Origin: Myxococcota bacterium
GTDB taxonomy: Bacteria > Myxococcota_A > UBA796 > SXON01
NCBI GenBank assembly: GCA_040386535.1
Contig: JAZKFH010000054.1
Span: 1 to 63,702 of the forward strand
Direction: 5' to 3'
DNA: 63,702 bases
The position numbers and the translations under genes are program-made. Under the pieces are notes generated by a model. That model was not told the origin of the DNA. It worked only from the letters and a program-made list of their open reading frames with translations, and made no database searches. Every line of letters starts with the position of its first letter. Positions within the stretch are counted from its first letter, which is position 1. Shown here one piece after another: positions 8,805 through 18,789 of the stretch.

Positions 8805-10841
8805 TCAGCGACGCGCCCGCCCCAGCGCATCCAACACCACCGCCGCCTTGAGCTCCATCTCGTCCACCTCGGCGACCGGATCGGACAGCGTCACCACGGC
8901 GCCGCCCACGCCCACGGAGGCCTCGCCGCCCGCGAGCACGGCCGCGCGGATGAGCACGGACAGGTCGGTCGCGCCGTCCAACGAGAGGTAGCCGACGACG
9001 CCCGAATAGAGCCCGCGGGGGGCGCCTTCGAAGGCGTCGAGCAGGTCCATGCTCCGTGACTTGGGCGCGCCGGTCATCGAGCCCGGCGGGAACGCGGCCT
9101 CCAGGACGTCGATGGCGCCGAGCTCGGGGGGCAGGCGGCCGGTGATGGTGCTGACGAGCTGGTGCACGGTGGCGAAGCTCTCCACCGCGTAGAGGTGGGG
9201 AACCGCCACCGAGCCCGGTTGACACACGCGACCGAGGTCGTTGCGGAGCAGGTCGACGATCATGAGGTTCTCGGCGCGGTCCTTCTCGGAGGCCTGCAAG
9301 GCGGCGCGCGCCTCGGCGTCCGCGGCGGGATCCTCCTCGCGGCCACGGGTCCCCTTGATCGGTTGGGCGGTCACGACGCCGGCGGCGGTCACCGAGAGGA
9401 ACCGCTCGGGCGACGACGAGAGGACCGCGACATCGCCGAAGTCGAGCAGGGCGGCGAAGGGCGCGGGGTTGACGCGGCGCAGGACGCGGTAGGCGTCGGC
9501 GGGGGCGACGTCGTAAGCGAACCGCACCTCGTTGGTGAGGCAGAGCTCGTAGCTCTCGCCCTCGTGGAGGTGCGCCTGCGCGGCGTGGACCCGGGCGAGG
9601 TAGGCGGCGCGGTCGTGGCGCCAGGTCAGGGCGAGCGGCGGGCCGGGGTCCGCGGGGGCGGGCGGGCACGGCGGCGCCGCGGGCATCGTGGTGATGCTCG
9701 TCGTGAGCGAGTCGATCCACGCGCGGTTGTCGGGATGGTCGAACGCGAGCAGGTGGGTGACGCCGAGGTGGTGATCGATGACGACGGCGCGGTCGAGGAA
9801 GATCAGCTCGGCGTCGGTGCCCGCGGCGGGGTGTGGCACCGGCGCGCCGAGGTCGGCCCGGAGCTCGTACCCGAACGCGCCGCAGAAGCCGAGGGCGAAC
9901 GGGAGGACGCCGTCCGCGGTGGCGACGGGGAGCGCCGCAGGACGGAGCGCGGCGCGGAGGAAGTCGAGGAGGCGCTCGATGCGCACCTCCGGGGGCTGGC
10001 CGGCGCGGCGGATCGTGAGCGTGTGGCCCGGCGTGCGGTAGGAGAGCGTGTATGCGAGCGGTCCAGACGCGTCACCGAGGATGGACCAGCGCGTGCCGAT
10101 CGACGTCGCGGCGCCGTCGAGCCACACGGACGGCGCGACACGAAAGCACTCGGAATGGAGCCGCTCGGCGTCGGCCGCGAGGGGGAGCGTCACGTGGAGC
10201 AGCGGCGCGGGGGGCGGCGGCGAGAGGGGAGCGGGCAACGGCGCGGTAACGACGCGCGCCTCTCCGCCCGCGAGCGTGAGGAAGTTGGCGATCAGGCGCT
10301 GGCCCCAGCCGCTCGCGATGGACTCGGGGTGGAATTGCACGCCCCACCACGGACGCGACGTGTGGCGGAGCGCCATGAGCACGCGGTCGGCGTCGTCCGT
10401 CCACGCGGTGGCGACGAGCGTGGGCGGGAGATCGACACACGCGAGCGAGTGGTAGCGTACCATCTCCGCGGGCGACGGGATGCCCGCGAACAGCCCGGTG
10501 CCGTCGTGTCGCACCAACGAGGTCCGCCCGTGGCGCGGCTCGGGCGCGTGCACCACCCGGCCGCCCGCAACGTGGGTCATCACCTGCATGCCGAGGCACA
10601 CGCCGAGCACCGGCGGCCGCCCCTCCGCGAGGGCCTCGGCGGTGAAGCGGGCATCTCCGTCGCGGTCCGGCCTCCCTGGCCCCGGCGAGAGCACCACCGC
10701 GTCGAAACGATTCCAGTCGAGGCACGCCAACCGCGTGTCATCGTGCAGGATCACCTCGGGGAGCCGGCCCGTGAACGCCGCGATCGCGTGCGCGAGGTTC
10801 CAGGTGAACGAGTCGTGGTGATCGACGAGCAGGACGCGCAC
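8805..10841 (-). CDS. pabB: Fused aminodeoxychorismate synthase (PabA glutamine amidotransferase + PabB)
   Basis: DHHDSFTWNL, SPGPG, GVCLG, QFHPES; then SSPERFL, PIKGTR, KDRAENLMIVDLLRND, PPGSMTGAPK. Confidence 0.93.
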   Translation of the reverse strand: MRVLLVDHHDSFTWNLAHAIAAFTGRLPEVILHDDTRLACLDWNRFDAVVLSPGPGRPDRDGDARFTAEALAEGRPPVLGVCLGMQVMTHVAGGRVVHAPEPRHGRTSLVRHDGTGLFAGIPSPAEMVRYHSLACVDLPPTLVATAWTDDADRVLMALRHTSRPWWGVQFHPESIASGWGQRLIANFLTLAGGEARVVTAPLPAPLSPPPPAPLLHVTLPLAADAERLHSECFRVAPSVWLDGAATSIGTRWSILGDASGPLAYTLSYRTPGHTLTIRRAGQPPEVRIERLLDFLRAALRPAALPVATADGVLPFALGFCGAFGYELRADLGAPVPHPAAGTDAELIFLDRAVVIDHHLGVTHLLAFDHPDNRAWIDSLTTSITTMPAAPPCPPAPADPGPPLALTWRHDRAAYLARVHAAQAHLHEGESYELCLTNEVRFAYDVAPADAYRVLRRVNPAPFAALLDFGDVAVLSSSPERFLSVTAAGVVTAQPIKGTRGREEDPAADAEARAALQASEKDRAENLMIVDLLRNDLGRVCQPGSVAVPHLYAVESFATVHQLVSTITGRLPPELGAIDVLEAAFPPGSMTGAPKSRSMDLLDAFEGAPRGLYSGVVGYLSLDGATDLSVLIRAAVLAGGEASVGVGGAVVTLSDPVAEVDEMELKAAVVLDALGRARR

Positions 10842-10944
10842 GGGCGGCTTCTACCCGTGCGGAGGCGGGGGCGCACCGGGCTCCCTCCCCGAAGGCGAGA
10901 CGGCCGGGAGCGGGTTAGACGGCCTGTCGCTCCCGAGTGCCCCG

Positions 10945-13900
10945 ATGTCCGATCTTTATCCCCGTATCGAGTCCTGGGTGGACCTCGTCAAGCTCGAGCA
11001 CGAGGTCCTCGACTTCTGGGGCGAGCACGGGGTGTTCGATCGCCTCCGCGCCCAGAACGCCGGCGGCGAGCCGTGGTCGTTCCTCGACGGGCCGATCACC
11101 GCGAACAACCCGATGGGCGTGCACCACGCGTGGGGGCGCACCCTCAAGGACCTGTACTGCCGCTATTGGGCGATGAACGGGCGCCTCTTGCGCCACCAGA
11201 ACGGGTTCGACTGCCAGGGGCTCTGGGTCGAGGTCGAGGTGGAGAAGGAGCTCGGGTTCGCGACCAAGCGGGACATCGCCGAGTTCGGGATCGACAAGTT
11301 CGTGCGCGCCTGCAAGGAGCGCGTGCTCACGTTCGCGGCCCGGCAGACCGAGCAGTCCGTGCGCCTCGGCTACTGGATGGATTGGGACGATCCCAAGGTG
11401 CTGCTGGAGCTCCGGGACGCGCTCCAGAAGGGCGTCCCCGAGCTCACCGTGACCGCCACCAGCGGCCGCGAGGTCACTGGGAGCCCCGAGCAGATCGTGT
11501 CGCGGCTCGGCACGCCCGAGTTGGGTGGGAGCTACTTCACCTTCTCGAGCGAGAACAACTACACGATCTGGGCCTTCCTCAAGAAGTGCCACGACGAGAA
11601 GCACCTGTACCGCGGCACCGACGTGATGCCGTGGTGCTCGCGCTGCGGCACCGGGCTTAGCCAGATGGAGGTCGCCGAGGGGCGCAAGATCGTCGAACAC
11701 GTGGCCCCCTTCGTGCGTTTTCCGCTGCGCGGCCGCGAGAAGGAGGCCCTGCTCGTGTGGACCACCACCCCGTGGACCCTCACCAGCAACGTGGCCGCCG
11801 CGGTCAACCCCACGCTCGACTACGTCAAGGTGCGGCACCAAGGCTGGATCCTGTACCTGGGCAAGGCCGCGTACGAGAAGGCGCGCGAGCGCAACCTCGA
11901 GGCCGCCAGCGAGAAGAAGACCGCCAAGTTGCCACGCCTGGAGCAGCTGCTCAAGGGCTCCGGCGAGGTCGAGCTGCTCGGCACCCTCAAGGGCAGCGAG
12001 CTGGTGGGCCTGATGTACGACGGCCCCTTCGATCACCTCCCCGCCCAGCAGATCCCCGGCGGCCTGACCCCCGCGGGTGGCAACGGCACGACCAACCGTG
12101 CCGTCGACTGTCACCGCGTCCTGGCTTGGGACATGGTGACCGAGGGCGAGGGCACCGGCATCGTGCACATCGCGCCCGGCTGCGGCGCGGAGGACGCGGA
12201 GCTCGGCCGCACCGAGGGGCTCGTGGCCCTGGCGCCGCTCTCGGAGCTCGGCGAGTACGTGCCGGGCTTCGGCGAGTACAGCGGTCGGCAGGTCTCCACC
12301 GTGTCGGAAGACATCCTGGCGGATCTGAAGGCCCGCGGCCTCCTGGTCAACAAGGAGCGCTATCCGCACGTGTACCCGCACTGCTGGCGCTGCAAGGAAG
12401 AGCTGGTGTTCCGCCTCGTGGAGGAGTGGTTCATCGACATGGGTTGGCGCGAGCGCATCCAGGCCACCGTCCCGAAGATCGAGTGGATCCCGGCCGACGG
12501 CGAGGCCCGCGAGATGGACTGGCTGCGCAACATGGGCGATTGGATGATCTCCAAGAAGCGCTTCTGGGGCCTGGCGCTGCCCATCTGGGTGTGTCGGGAC
12601 TGCAAGGCATTCGACGTGGTCGGCAGCGAGGCCGAGCTGAAGCAGCGCGCCATCGCCGGCTGGGACACTTTCGCGGGCCACACCCCCCACCGCCCCTATG
12701 TCGACGCCGTCCAGCTGCGCTGCGCCTGCGGCGGCACGATGGACCGCATCCCCGACGTGGGGAACCCCTGGTTGGACGCCGGCATCGTGCCCTACAGCAC
12801 GCTGAGCTACACCACCGACCGCGACTATTGGAACCGTTGGTTCCCGGCCGAGCTCGTCACCGAGTGTTTTCCTGGCCAGTTCCGCAATTGGTTCTACGCC
12901 ATGCTCTCCATGAGCGCGATGATGGAGGGCCGGCCCCCCTTCAAGACCCTCCTCGGCCACGGCCTCGTGCGCGACGAGAACGGCCAGGAGATGCACAAGT
13001 CCAAGGGCAACGCCATCTGGTTCGACGACGCCGCCGAGCAGTTCGGCGCGGACTCGATGCGTTGGTTGTACGCCCGGCAGGACCCGGTCCAGAACCTGAA
13101 CTTCGGGCCCACCCTGCTCCGTGACGTGCGTGGCGGGTTCCTCAACCAGCTGTGGAACGTGCAGGCGTTCTTCGTGAACTACGCCCGGCTCGAGGGCTAC
13201 GTTCCCGAGCGCACGGGCGTCCCGTTCGCCGAGCGCCCCGACTTCGACCGTTGGATCCTCAGCGAGCTGCAGGACACGATCGCGGCGTGTCGCGAGGCGA
13301 TCGAGTCGCACACGCACCAGGACGCCGCCAAGGCCATCGAGGCCTTCGTCGAGTCGCTCTCGAATTGGTACGTGCGGCACAACCGCCGCCGCTTCCGCCG
13401 CGGCGCCAAGGACAGCCGCTCCGCGTTCGAGACGTTGGAGGCCTGCCTCACCACGGTCGTCGGGTTGCTCGCGCCGATCCTCCCGTTCACGGCGGAGAAG
13501 CTGTACCAGAACATCGTCCGGGGTGCGCACCCCGACGCGCCGATCTCGGTGCACCTCACGCCGTACCCGCAGGTGTCGACCGACGCGCGGGACCCGGCGC
13601 TCACCGCCGAGATGCGGGCGCTGGTGCGGATCACGACGCTGGCCCTGTCCGCCCGCGAGTCGGCCAAGCTCAAGGTGCGCCAGCCGCTCCAGAGCCTCGT
13701 CGTCGGCCCGGCCAACGCGGTCGAGCAGGGCGCGGTGCTGCGCTTCGCCGCGATGTTGCGCGAGGATCTGAACGTCAAGAGTGTCGAGGTGCGCGAGCCC
13801 AAGACCGCGAGCGCGCTGAACTACGTCGTGAAGCCCGACTTCAAGGCCCTCGGCCCCAAGCTCGGGGATCGGATGGGCGCGGTCGTGCGCGTCATCGGCA

Positions 13901-14346
13901 CGGACACCGCACGCATCCTCGCGGAGCTGCGGCGCGGCGCGGAGAGCGTGACGGTCGAGGTCGACGGGGATCCCGTCGCGCTCGTCCGCGGCGACTTCCT
14001 GCTCCAGCCCGTACAGCCCGCCGGCCAGTCCATCGCGGAGGACCGCGGCACGTGGTGCGCGCTCTCCACCGTGATCACGCGGGATCTCGAGCTCGAGGGC
14101 CTCATGCGCGATCTGCTCCGTCGCCTCCAGGCGATGCGCAAGGAGCTCGGCCTCGAGATCGTCGACCGCGTGGCGCTCACCTGGGACAGCGACAACGCCG
14201 ACCTCGTCGAGGTGATGACCACGTGGGGGCCCACCCTGCGCGAGGACGTGATGGCCGACCGCCTGGAGCGGGAGCCGGGGCTCGAAGCGCCGGTGATCGA
14301 GCTGGGGGGGCAGGCGTTGCGGTTGCGGATGGTGCGGGTGGGGTGA
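10945..14346 (+). CDS. ileS: Isoleucine--tRNA ligase, type 2
   Basis: DGPITANNPMGVHH, GFDCQGL, WTTTPWTL editing domain, GTGIVHIAP, DWMISKKRFWG, EMHKSKGN, type-2 C-terminal domain. Confidence 0.96.
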   Translation: MSDLYPRIESWVDLVKLEHEVLDFWGEHGVFDRLRAQNAGGEPWSFLDGPITANNPMGVHHAWGRTLKDLYCRYWAMNGRLLRHQNGFDCQGLWVEVEVEKELGFATKRDIAEFGIDKFVRACKERVLTFAARQTEQSVRLGYWMDWDDPKVLLELRDALQKGVPELTVTATSGREVTGSPEQIVSRLGTPELGGSYFTFSSENNYTIWAFLKKCHDEKHLYRGTDVMPWCSRCGTGLSQMEVAEGRKIVEHVAPFVRFPLRGREKEALLVWTTTPWTLTSNVAAAVNPTLDYVKVRHQGWILYLGKAAYEKARERNLEAASEKKTAKLPRLEQLLKGSGEVELLGTLKGSELVGLMYDGPFDHLPAQQIPGGLTPAGGNGTTNRAVDCHRVLAWDMVTEGEGTGIVHIAPGCGAEDAELGRTEGLVALAPLSELGEYVPGFGEYSGRQVSTVSEDILADLKARGLLVNKERYPHVYPHCWRCKEELVFRLVEEWFIDMGWRERIQATVPKIEWIPADGEAREMDWLRNMGDWMISKKRFWGLALPIWVCRDCKAFDVVGSEAELKQRAIAGWDTFAGHTPHRPYVDAVQLRCACGGTMDRIPDVGNPWLDAGIVPYSTLSYTTDRDYWNRWFPAELVTECFPGQFRNWFYAMLSMSAMMEGRPPFKTLLGHGLVRDENGQEMHKSKGNAIWFDDAAEQFGADSMRWLYARQDPVQNLNFGPTLLRDVRGGFLNQLWNVQAFFVNYARLEGYVPERTGVPFAERPDFDRWILSELQDTIAACREAIESHTHQDAAKAIEAFVESLSNWYVRHNRRRFRRGAKDSRSAFETLEACLTTVVGLLAPILPFTAEKLYQNIVRGAHPDAPISVHLTPYPQVSTDARDPALTAEMRALVRITTLALSARESAKLKVRQPLQSLVVGPANAVEQGAVLRFAAMLREDLNVKSVEVREPKTASALNYVVKPDFKALGPKLGDRMGAVVRVIGTDTARILAELRRGAESVTVEVDGDPVALVRGDFLLQPVQPAGQSIAEDRGTWCALSTVITRDLELEGLMRDLLRRLQAMRKELGLEIVDRVALTWDSDNADLVEVMTTWGPTLREDVMADRLEREPGLEAPVIELGGQALRLRMVRVG

Positions 14347-14396
14347 GGCGTCGACGCCTCATCGAATCACACCATCGAAGGCGACCAAACGTCGGA

Positions 14397-14402
14397 TAGA
14401 GT
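14397..14402 (+). promoter_or_regulatory. Putative -10 hexamer TAGAGT, leaderless configuration
   Basis: 6 nt upstream of ATG 14409. Confidence 0.45.
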
Positions 14403-14408
14403 CCCGCC

Positions 14409-15773
14409 ATGCTCATGCTGGTCGCCGCCACCCTCGCCGCCGAGCCCATCCGGCTCGATCCGGTCATCTGGTCGACCCTGACCGAGCAGCCGGGCCCGAC
14501 CGACAAGGCGGAGCCCGCCGAGTGGATCCGCGAGGCGCTCGACCTCGCGGAGCACCCGACCGCGGGCGCCGCGCACGTACTGCGCGCACACGTCACTTCC
14601 GCCGCCTGTGTCAGACATCGGGGCGAGCGCGCGTGCGAGGTCGGCATCCGCTGGTCCCTGCGGGACGGCGCCACCGGCGAAGAGCGCTACACCACGCTCA
14701 CCCGCGGGCTCGGCCGCTCGGCCGACCGCTCGGCCACCACCGGCACCCACGCCGCGCAGCGCGACGCCGTAACCGACGCGACCGACCGGCTGCTCGGCCG
14801 CGACCCCTTCCGGGAGCAGCTCCGTGCGAGCGCGCGCTCCACGCCCCCGCCGATCATCCTCCGCGCGTGCACCGACGCGGCGCCGGCGCTGCCCGCCCAG
14901 ATGAAGACCGCGCTCGCGGCGGCCGTGTTCGTGGAGGTGCCCGAGGGCGTCGGCAGCGGCGTGGTGGTCTCCCCGGACGGGTGGATTCTCACGGCTGCCC
15001 ACGTCGTGATCGGGCAGGAGGGCATCAAGGTGCGCGTTCGGGACGGGAGCGCCCTCCCCGCGCGGATCGTCGCGCTGGACGCCCGCCAGGACGTAGCGTT
15101 GTTGCGCGTCGACGGGAGCCGGTGGGCGTGCCTGCCGTTCACGCCGGCGCCCGCCGAGGTGGGCACCGAGCTGTACGCCATCGGCTCGCCGCTCGGGGAG
15201 GCGCTTGAGTTCTCGGTGTCGAAGGGCATCGTGTCGGGCGCGCGCCGCGTGGGGGACGTCCGTTTCCTCCAGACGGACGCCAGCCTCAACCCCGGAAACA
15301 GCGGCGGCCCGCTGGTCGACCTCTCCGGTCACCTGCTCGCGATCGTCAGCTGGAAGCTCGCCGCTCAAGGCATCGAGGGGCTCGGCTTCGGCGTGCCGGT
15401 CGACGCCGTCGAGCACGCCTTCTCGCTCGACTTCGGAGAGGCCAGCGTCGAGCCCGACGAACCCTTCGTCCTCGGGCCCGTCGAGCGCGTCTCCGAACCC
15501 GACGATCCGCGCCGGCTGCCCGCCGGAACCAAGGAGGGCAGCCACGTGGCGACCATCGTGACCGGCGCCACGTTGAGCGCGGTCGGCTCCGTGGTGGTGC
15601 TCGGCTCCTGGGGCGTGTTCCTCAGGGCCGACGAGATGGGAGAGGCCGAGTGGGACCGCCTGCTCGTCGTCAACACCCTGGGCTGGGTGGGGTTCATGGG
15701 CGGCGCGGGCCTGGCGGTCGTGCCGACGTTCACGTCCGGCTCCGCGGGCGCCGCGTTCACGGGGCGGTTCTGA
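14409..15773 (+). CDS. Trypsin-like (S1C) serine protease without PDZ, two C-terminal TM segments
   Basis: GSG, LTAAHVV, DVALL, NPGNSGGPL catalytic triad motifs. Confidence 0.88.
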   Translation: MLMLVAATLAAEPIRLDPVIWSTLTEQPGPTDKAEPAEWIREALDLAEHPTAGAAHVLRAHVTSAACVRHRGERACEVGIRWSLRDGATGEERYTTLTRGLGRSADRSATTGTHAAQRDAVTDATDRLLGRDPFREQLRASARSTPPPIILRACTDAAPALPAQMKTALAAAVFVEVPEGVGSGVVVSPDGWILTAAHVVIGQEGIKVRVRDGSALPARIVALDARQDVALLRVDGSRWACLPFTPAPAEVGTELYAIGSPLGEALEFSVSKGIVSGARRVGDVRFLQTDASLNPGNSGGPLVDLSGHLLAIVSWKLAAQGIEGLGFGVPVDAVEHAFSLDFGEASVEPDEPFVLGPVERVSEPDDPRRLPAGTKEGSHVATIVTGATLSAVGSVVVLGSWGVFLRADEMGEAEWDRLLVVNTLGWVGFMGGAGLAVVPTFTSGSAGAAFTGRF

Positions 15774-16645
15774 TGCGGCTCCTTCCCCTGTCCCTGCTCT
15801 CCGGCTGCCTGCTCCTGGCCGAGCGCCCCGATGGCTCGCGCGACGGCTCGTCCGACAACTGGCCCTTCGACGACGACACCGGCGAGGCCCCCTTCGTCGG
15901 CGAGGGCGCCGTCGTGGCCGTCGGGGTCGGCTACGGCGACGCCTGCGCGGTCTACGAGAACGGCGGGCTGCGCTGCTCGGACGGGGCGCGTCCCCCCGAG
16001 GGCAGATTCGTCGCCATGGACGGCGGCCTCGACGGGTATTGCGGCATCGAGGCCGACGGCGCGCTGATCTGCACCACGGACGACGACACCCCCGCGAGCG
16101 CCGAGCAGGTCGACGTGGGCGGCCTCACGGGGTGCGCGGTGATCCCCGGCGGAGACCTCGCCTGTTGGGGAAGCAACTACGAGGGGGTGGCCGATCCGCC
16201 GTTGTCGTCGGGGTGGGTGAAGGTGTCGCTCAGCAGCTCCAACGGCTGCGCCCTGCACGATCGCGGCACGGTGGAGTGCTGGGGGCAGGACACCTTCGAC
16301 GTCCTCGAGGTGCCCGACCTCCGCTTCCTCGACGTCGCGACCGCCGACGACAAGACCGGGTGCGGCGTCACCGATGACCAGCACATCGCCTGCTGGGGCT
16401 GGGAGTACGCCGACATCACCCCGCCCCGCACGGGCACCTACACCGCGATCGTGGCGGGGGGCTACCACTATTGCGCCCTCGACACCGACGGCGCCGTGAC
16501 CTGCTGGGGCGACGACGACGACCAGCAGGCCTCCCCCCCGGACGACACGTTCGAGGGCCTGAACGCCGAGAGCAACGGCACGTGCGGCGTCACCACCGAG
16601 GCGACCGTCGTGTGTTGGGGCGATGTCGAGACCGACGGGCTTTGA
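15773..16645 (+). CDS. RCC1-like repeat lipoprotein
   Basis: TGATG overlap; LLSGC lipobox; repeated CA...G...CWG motifs. Confidence 0.8.
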   Translation: MRLLPLSLLSGCLLLAERPDGSRDGSSDNWPFDDDTGEAPFVGEGAVVAVGVGYGDACAVYENGGLRCSDGARPPEGRFVAMDGGLDGYCGIEADGALICTTDDDTPASAEQVDVGGLTGCAVIPGGDLACWGSNYEGVADPPLSSGWVKVSLSSSNGCALHDRGTVECWGQDTFDVLEVPDLRFLDVATADDKTGCGVTDDQHIACWGWEYADITPPRTGTYTAIVAGGYHYCALDTDGAVTCWGDDDDQQASPPDDTFEGLNAESNGTCGVTTEATVVCWGDVETDGL

Positions 16646-16667
16646 ACCGCGGATGGGATCCACCGGC

Positions 16668-18131
16668 TCACCGACCGCGGGGCGCTTCCACGGCCTTCGG
16701 GCCCGCTCCACTCGGGTCGACCACTACCTTCGCCTCGGCGAGCGCCGGATCATCGAACACCCACACCTCGCCGGCCCCGGTGCGGACCTTCAGCCACGCG
16801 CGGAGTCGTTCCCGAGCCTCGGGTGCGAGCGGGCGGCGGTCGCCGAGCCCGACCACCAGCGACGTGACACCGCCGACCGTCGCCGCCGCGACCACGACGC
16901 CTCCGGCCTCGGGGTGCTGGGCGACGATCTCCGCCTCCAGGCCCTCGAACCGGTCGCTGGCAGCGCGGGCGGAGGCCAGCTCGCCCTGGAGCGAGGCGAT
17001 CGTTGCGTCGCGCGCCCGGAGCTCCGCGAGCGTCCGCTGGTAGAGGTCGCCGGCAAGATCCTCGCGGAGCGCCGCAACGTCGACGGTCGGTTGCTGGGAC
17101 TGATCGATCCTCAGGCTGGCGCCGTCCAACCCGTAAGCCGGCAACATGGCCTCGAACGCGCGCTGCTCGGCGGGCGAGACGGGTGTCCCCACCACCGTCA
17201 CGCGCACCTGGCGCTGCATGGCGTCGACGTTGTGGCTCACGACGAACGTGGGCGCATCGGGCGGGAACGCGGCGGTGAGGAACGCCGTGGCACGTGACTC
17301 GAAGAGCTCCTTCGAAACCAGCCGATTTGCGAGGTACACGCTCGGGAGCGCCGTGGCGATGACCACGAGCACGATCCATCGGTGCGCACGGCGCGACGCG
17401 GTCGTATCGGCGTGTTCGATCTCGGGGAGCCGCATCACGCGGACCATGACGAACGTGGCGGCGGCGATGAACACCGAGTTGATGAAGAACAGGTAGAACG
17501 CCCCGGCGAAGTACGCGGGATTGCCGGTCGCCAGCCCATATCCGGCGGTGCAGAGCGGGGGCATGAGCGCCGTGGCGATGGCGACGCCGGGCACCACGTT
17601 CGACTTCTCGCGCCGCGTGCTCCCGACGATCCCCGCGAGCCCGCCGAACAACGCGATGAGGACGTCCCAGATGGTCGGGCTCGTGCGGGCGAGCAGCTCG
17701 GAGTGCGCTTCCGCGAGCGGCGTCAGCGCGAAATACACGGCTGACGCCGCGAGCGAGACCGCTGTCGCGATGACGATGTTGACGACCGCCTCGCGCACGA
17801 GCCGGAAATCGGCGACGGCTGCTCCGTACCCCACGCCCATGATCGGCCCCATCAAGGGGGAGATGAGCATGGCGCCGATGATGACGGCCGTGGAGTTGAC
17901 GTTCAGCCCGACCGACGCGATGACGATGGCGAAGATGAGCAGCCAGAGGTTGGTGCCCCGGAACGCTACGCCGGCCCGGATCGCCTGGTCGATGACCTCG
18001 TGCGTGGCCTGGTCAGCGGTGAGATCGAAGCGGGAGAGGAGCGCGGCGCCGGGGGCGTTCGGGACGGGGGCGTTCGGGACGGGGGCTGGTGGCTCGGCCC
18101 GGACGTGCTCATCTGGAGGCGCAGGCAGCAT
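16668..18131 (-). CDS. DUF389 / TIGR00341 family membrane protein
   Basis: IASVGLNVNSTAVIIGAMLISPLMGPI, ELLARTSPT, PGVAIATALMPPLC. Start uncertain. Confidence 0.88.
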   Translation of the reverse strand: MLPAPPDEHVRAEPPAPVPNAPVPNAPGAALLSRFDLTADQATHEVIDQAIRAGVAFRGTNLWLLIFAIVIASVGLNVNSTAVIIGAMLISPLMGPIMGVGYGAAVADFRLVREAVVNIVIATAVSLAASAVYFALTPLAEAHSELLARTSPTIWDVLIALFGGLAGIVGSTRREKSNVVPGVAIATALMPPLCTAGYGLATGNPAYFAGAFYLFFINSVFIAAATFVMVRVMRLPEIEHADTTASRRAHRWIVLVVIATALPSVYLANRLVSKELFESRATAFLTAAFPPDAPTFVVSHNVDAMQRQVRVTVVGTPVSPAEQRAFEAMLPAYGLDGASLRIDQSQQPTVDVAALREDLAGDLYQRTLAELRARDATIASLQGELASARAASDRFEGLEAEIVAQHPEAGGVVVAAATVGGVTSLVVGLGDRRPLAPEARERLRAWLKVRTGAGEVWVFDDPALAEAKVVVDPSGAGPKAVEAPRGR

Positions 18132-18239
18132 CCGCTGCCTCTACCGCCCGACCCTTCCGGGGTCCAGCGCAGGCCCACTGGTCGGGTCGGCATGGGAGGC
18201 GGACGCGGCGGCGGGCGTGCACCGGGACGTTCATGATGG

Positions 18240-18490
18240 GGAGGCCGATGTCGGGTCCGGTCGATCGCCGCGCCCGCGGGCGTGAGCCGCAGCCGCACGC
18301 GGCGTTGATCCGCGGGGTCTTCCTCCCTCGTCACGAGGTTCAACGCGACCTGCCGCTTGAGCATCGCGGTGAGCGTGCTCGGGTGGTCGTGGAGCGCCCG
18401 CGCGAGCGTGCCCGCGGTCAGCCCTGGGTTTCGCCCGACGACGCGAAGCACGAACCGCTGCGGGCCGGTGACGCCGAGGTGGGTGTGCAT
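18240..18490 (-). pseudogene. MarR-family regulator fragment
   Basis: LGVTGPQRFVLRVVGRNPGLTAGTLARALHDHPSTLT...DQRRVRLRLTPAG is a winged HTH. The N-terminal helix is missing (in-frame TAG just upstream) and the C-terminus degenerates. Confidence 0.6.
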
Positions 18491-18501
18491 GATCGGGCCC
18501 T

Positions 18502-18789
18502 ATGTTCGAGGACACGGCCAACTTCCTCTTCGATGGCTGGATCGGGCCGGGGCGCCTCCTCCTCGTCGGCCCCCTCGCGTACCTGGCGCTCGTCCTCTTC
18601 GTCCGCATCTCCGGGAAGCGCGCCCTCTCGAAGTTGAACAGCTTCGACCTCGTCGTCACGGTCGCCCTGGGGTCGAGCCTCGCCACCACGCTGGGTGCTG
18701 CTGCACGACCAGACCGAGGCGACGGACTGCGACCGGCGACACCAGCGGGAGGGCTCATGACCCTCCTTGCCGGGGTTGCACCTCCATGA
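18502..18789 (+). pseudogene. Truncated YetF/DUF421-family membrane protein
   Basis: LVLFVRISGKRALSKLNSFDLVVTVALGSSLAT matches the YetF N-terminus; similarity stops near codon 64. Confidence 0.65.

Noticed and set aside
8283..9059. ORFs across the repeat region
   Set aside because: Translations of repeats and pabB antisense; not protein-like.
18053..18085. 15-bp duplication (PVPNA x2), and 18-bp duplication at 20141-20176
   Set aside because: Simple local slippage duplications with no evidence of function or target-site duplication.
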